The position numbers and the translations under genes are program-made. A stretch of 64,000 nucleotides of DNA from Camelus dromedarius (taxonomy: Eukaryota): contig NC_087437.1 of assembly GCF_036321535.1 (NCBI RefSeq), positions 25,794,001 to 25,858,000 of the forward strand, read 5' to 3'. The notes under the pieces are model-generated. The model made no database searches and was not told the DNA's origin. It saw only the letters and a list, made by a program, of their open reading frames with translations. Numbering within the stretch: position 1 is the first letter of the stretch; each line of letters starts with the position of its first letter. This document shows, piece by piece, positions 63,589-64,000 of the stretch.

Positions 63589-64000
63589 CTAGTCAAAATA
63601 AAACAAGTAATTATATAACTTTTTATTTCTATAAGTTAACTCAATGAGAACAAAAAATATTTTGATTTATTACTGTTTTACAACCTTAGTAAAGGTTTTT
63701 TTTTTCTTTTAAAATATCCTTTGGTGTTTTTATTCAATCTGATAATGAAAGACATATTCTACAGACAGAAAAACTATAGCAACAAAACACATTTAAATTT
63801 GCTCTCAATTCAATACCTGTTAGTTTAACCTTTTATCTCATCCTCATTTTTCTTAAGCTCTTCTCTCCCCATTTTTCTAATCACTAACCCTTTCTATTTC
63901 CCAATTCTGTCAACTACACCACCCAATGTTTGACATTCAAACTCTGAATAAGCACCTACTACTAAGTGCAAGGCATTACACTACTCTAGGCAAAAAATTT

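Noticed and set aside
1..64000. CRISPR array, prokaryotic operon or viral insertion
   Set aside because: No repeat-spacer structure or compact gene clusters; content is explained by two spliced mammalian genes and interspersed repeats

Overview
Mammalian genomic DNA, most likely camelid, judged from the tRNA-Ala-derived Vic-1-like SINEs. The window holds the complete GYG1 (glycogenin-1) gene on the + strand: a CpG-island promoter near 4.6-5.6 kb and 8 coding exons from 4955 to 35811, all with GT-AG introns, giving 1053 nt or 350 aa. Converging on it from the - strand are the last 8 coding exons of HLTF (RING finger and helicase C-terminal lobe; 63588 down to the stop at 44196) and its 3' UTR. 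The remainder is intronic or intergenic sequence filled with L1, L2, MIR, MER5/MER20/MER3 and MLT1 relics, including a near-full-length decayed L1 in the last HLTF intron. I see no evidence of a novel protein-coding system. The most interesting signals are small-scale: a templated insertion copied from a MIR 2 kb away, an 88-bp TSD-flanked orphan retro-insertion, ancient repeats rewritten toward G/C (candidate gBGC hotspots), a cassette exon in the GYG1 linker, and an ARE/STAT/AP-1 motif cluster in intron 5. Exon coordinates were checked by splice dinucleotides and frame. Repeat boundaries and subfamily names are approximate and come from recall of consensus sequences.
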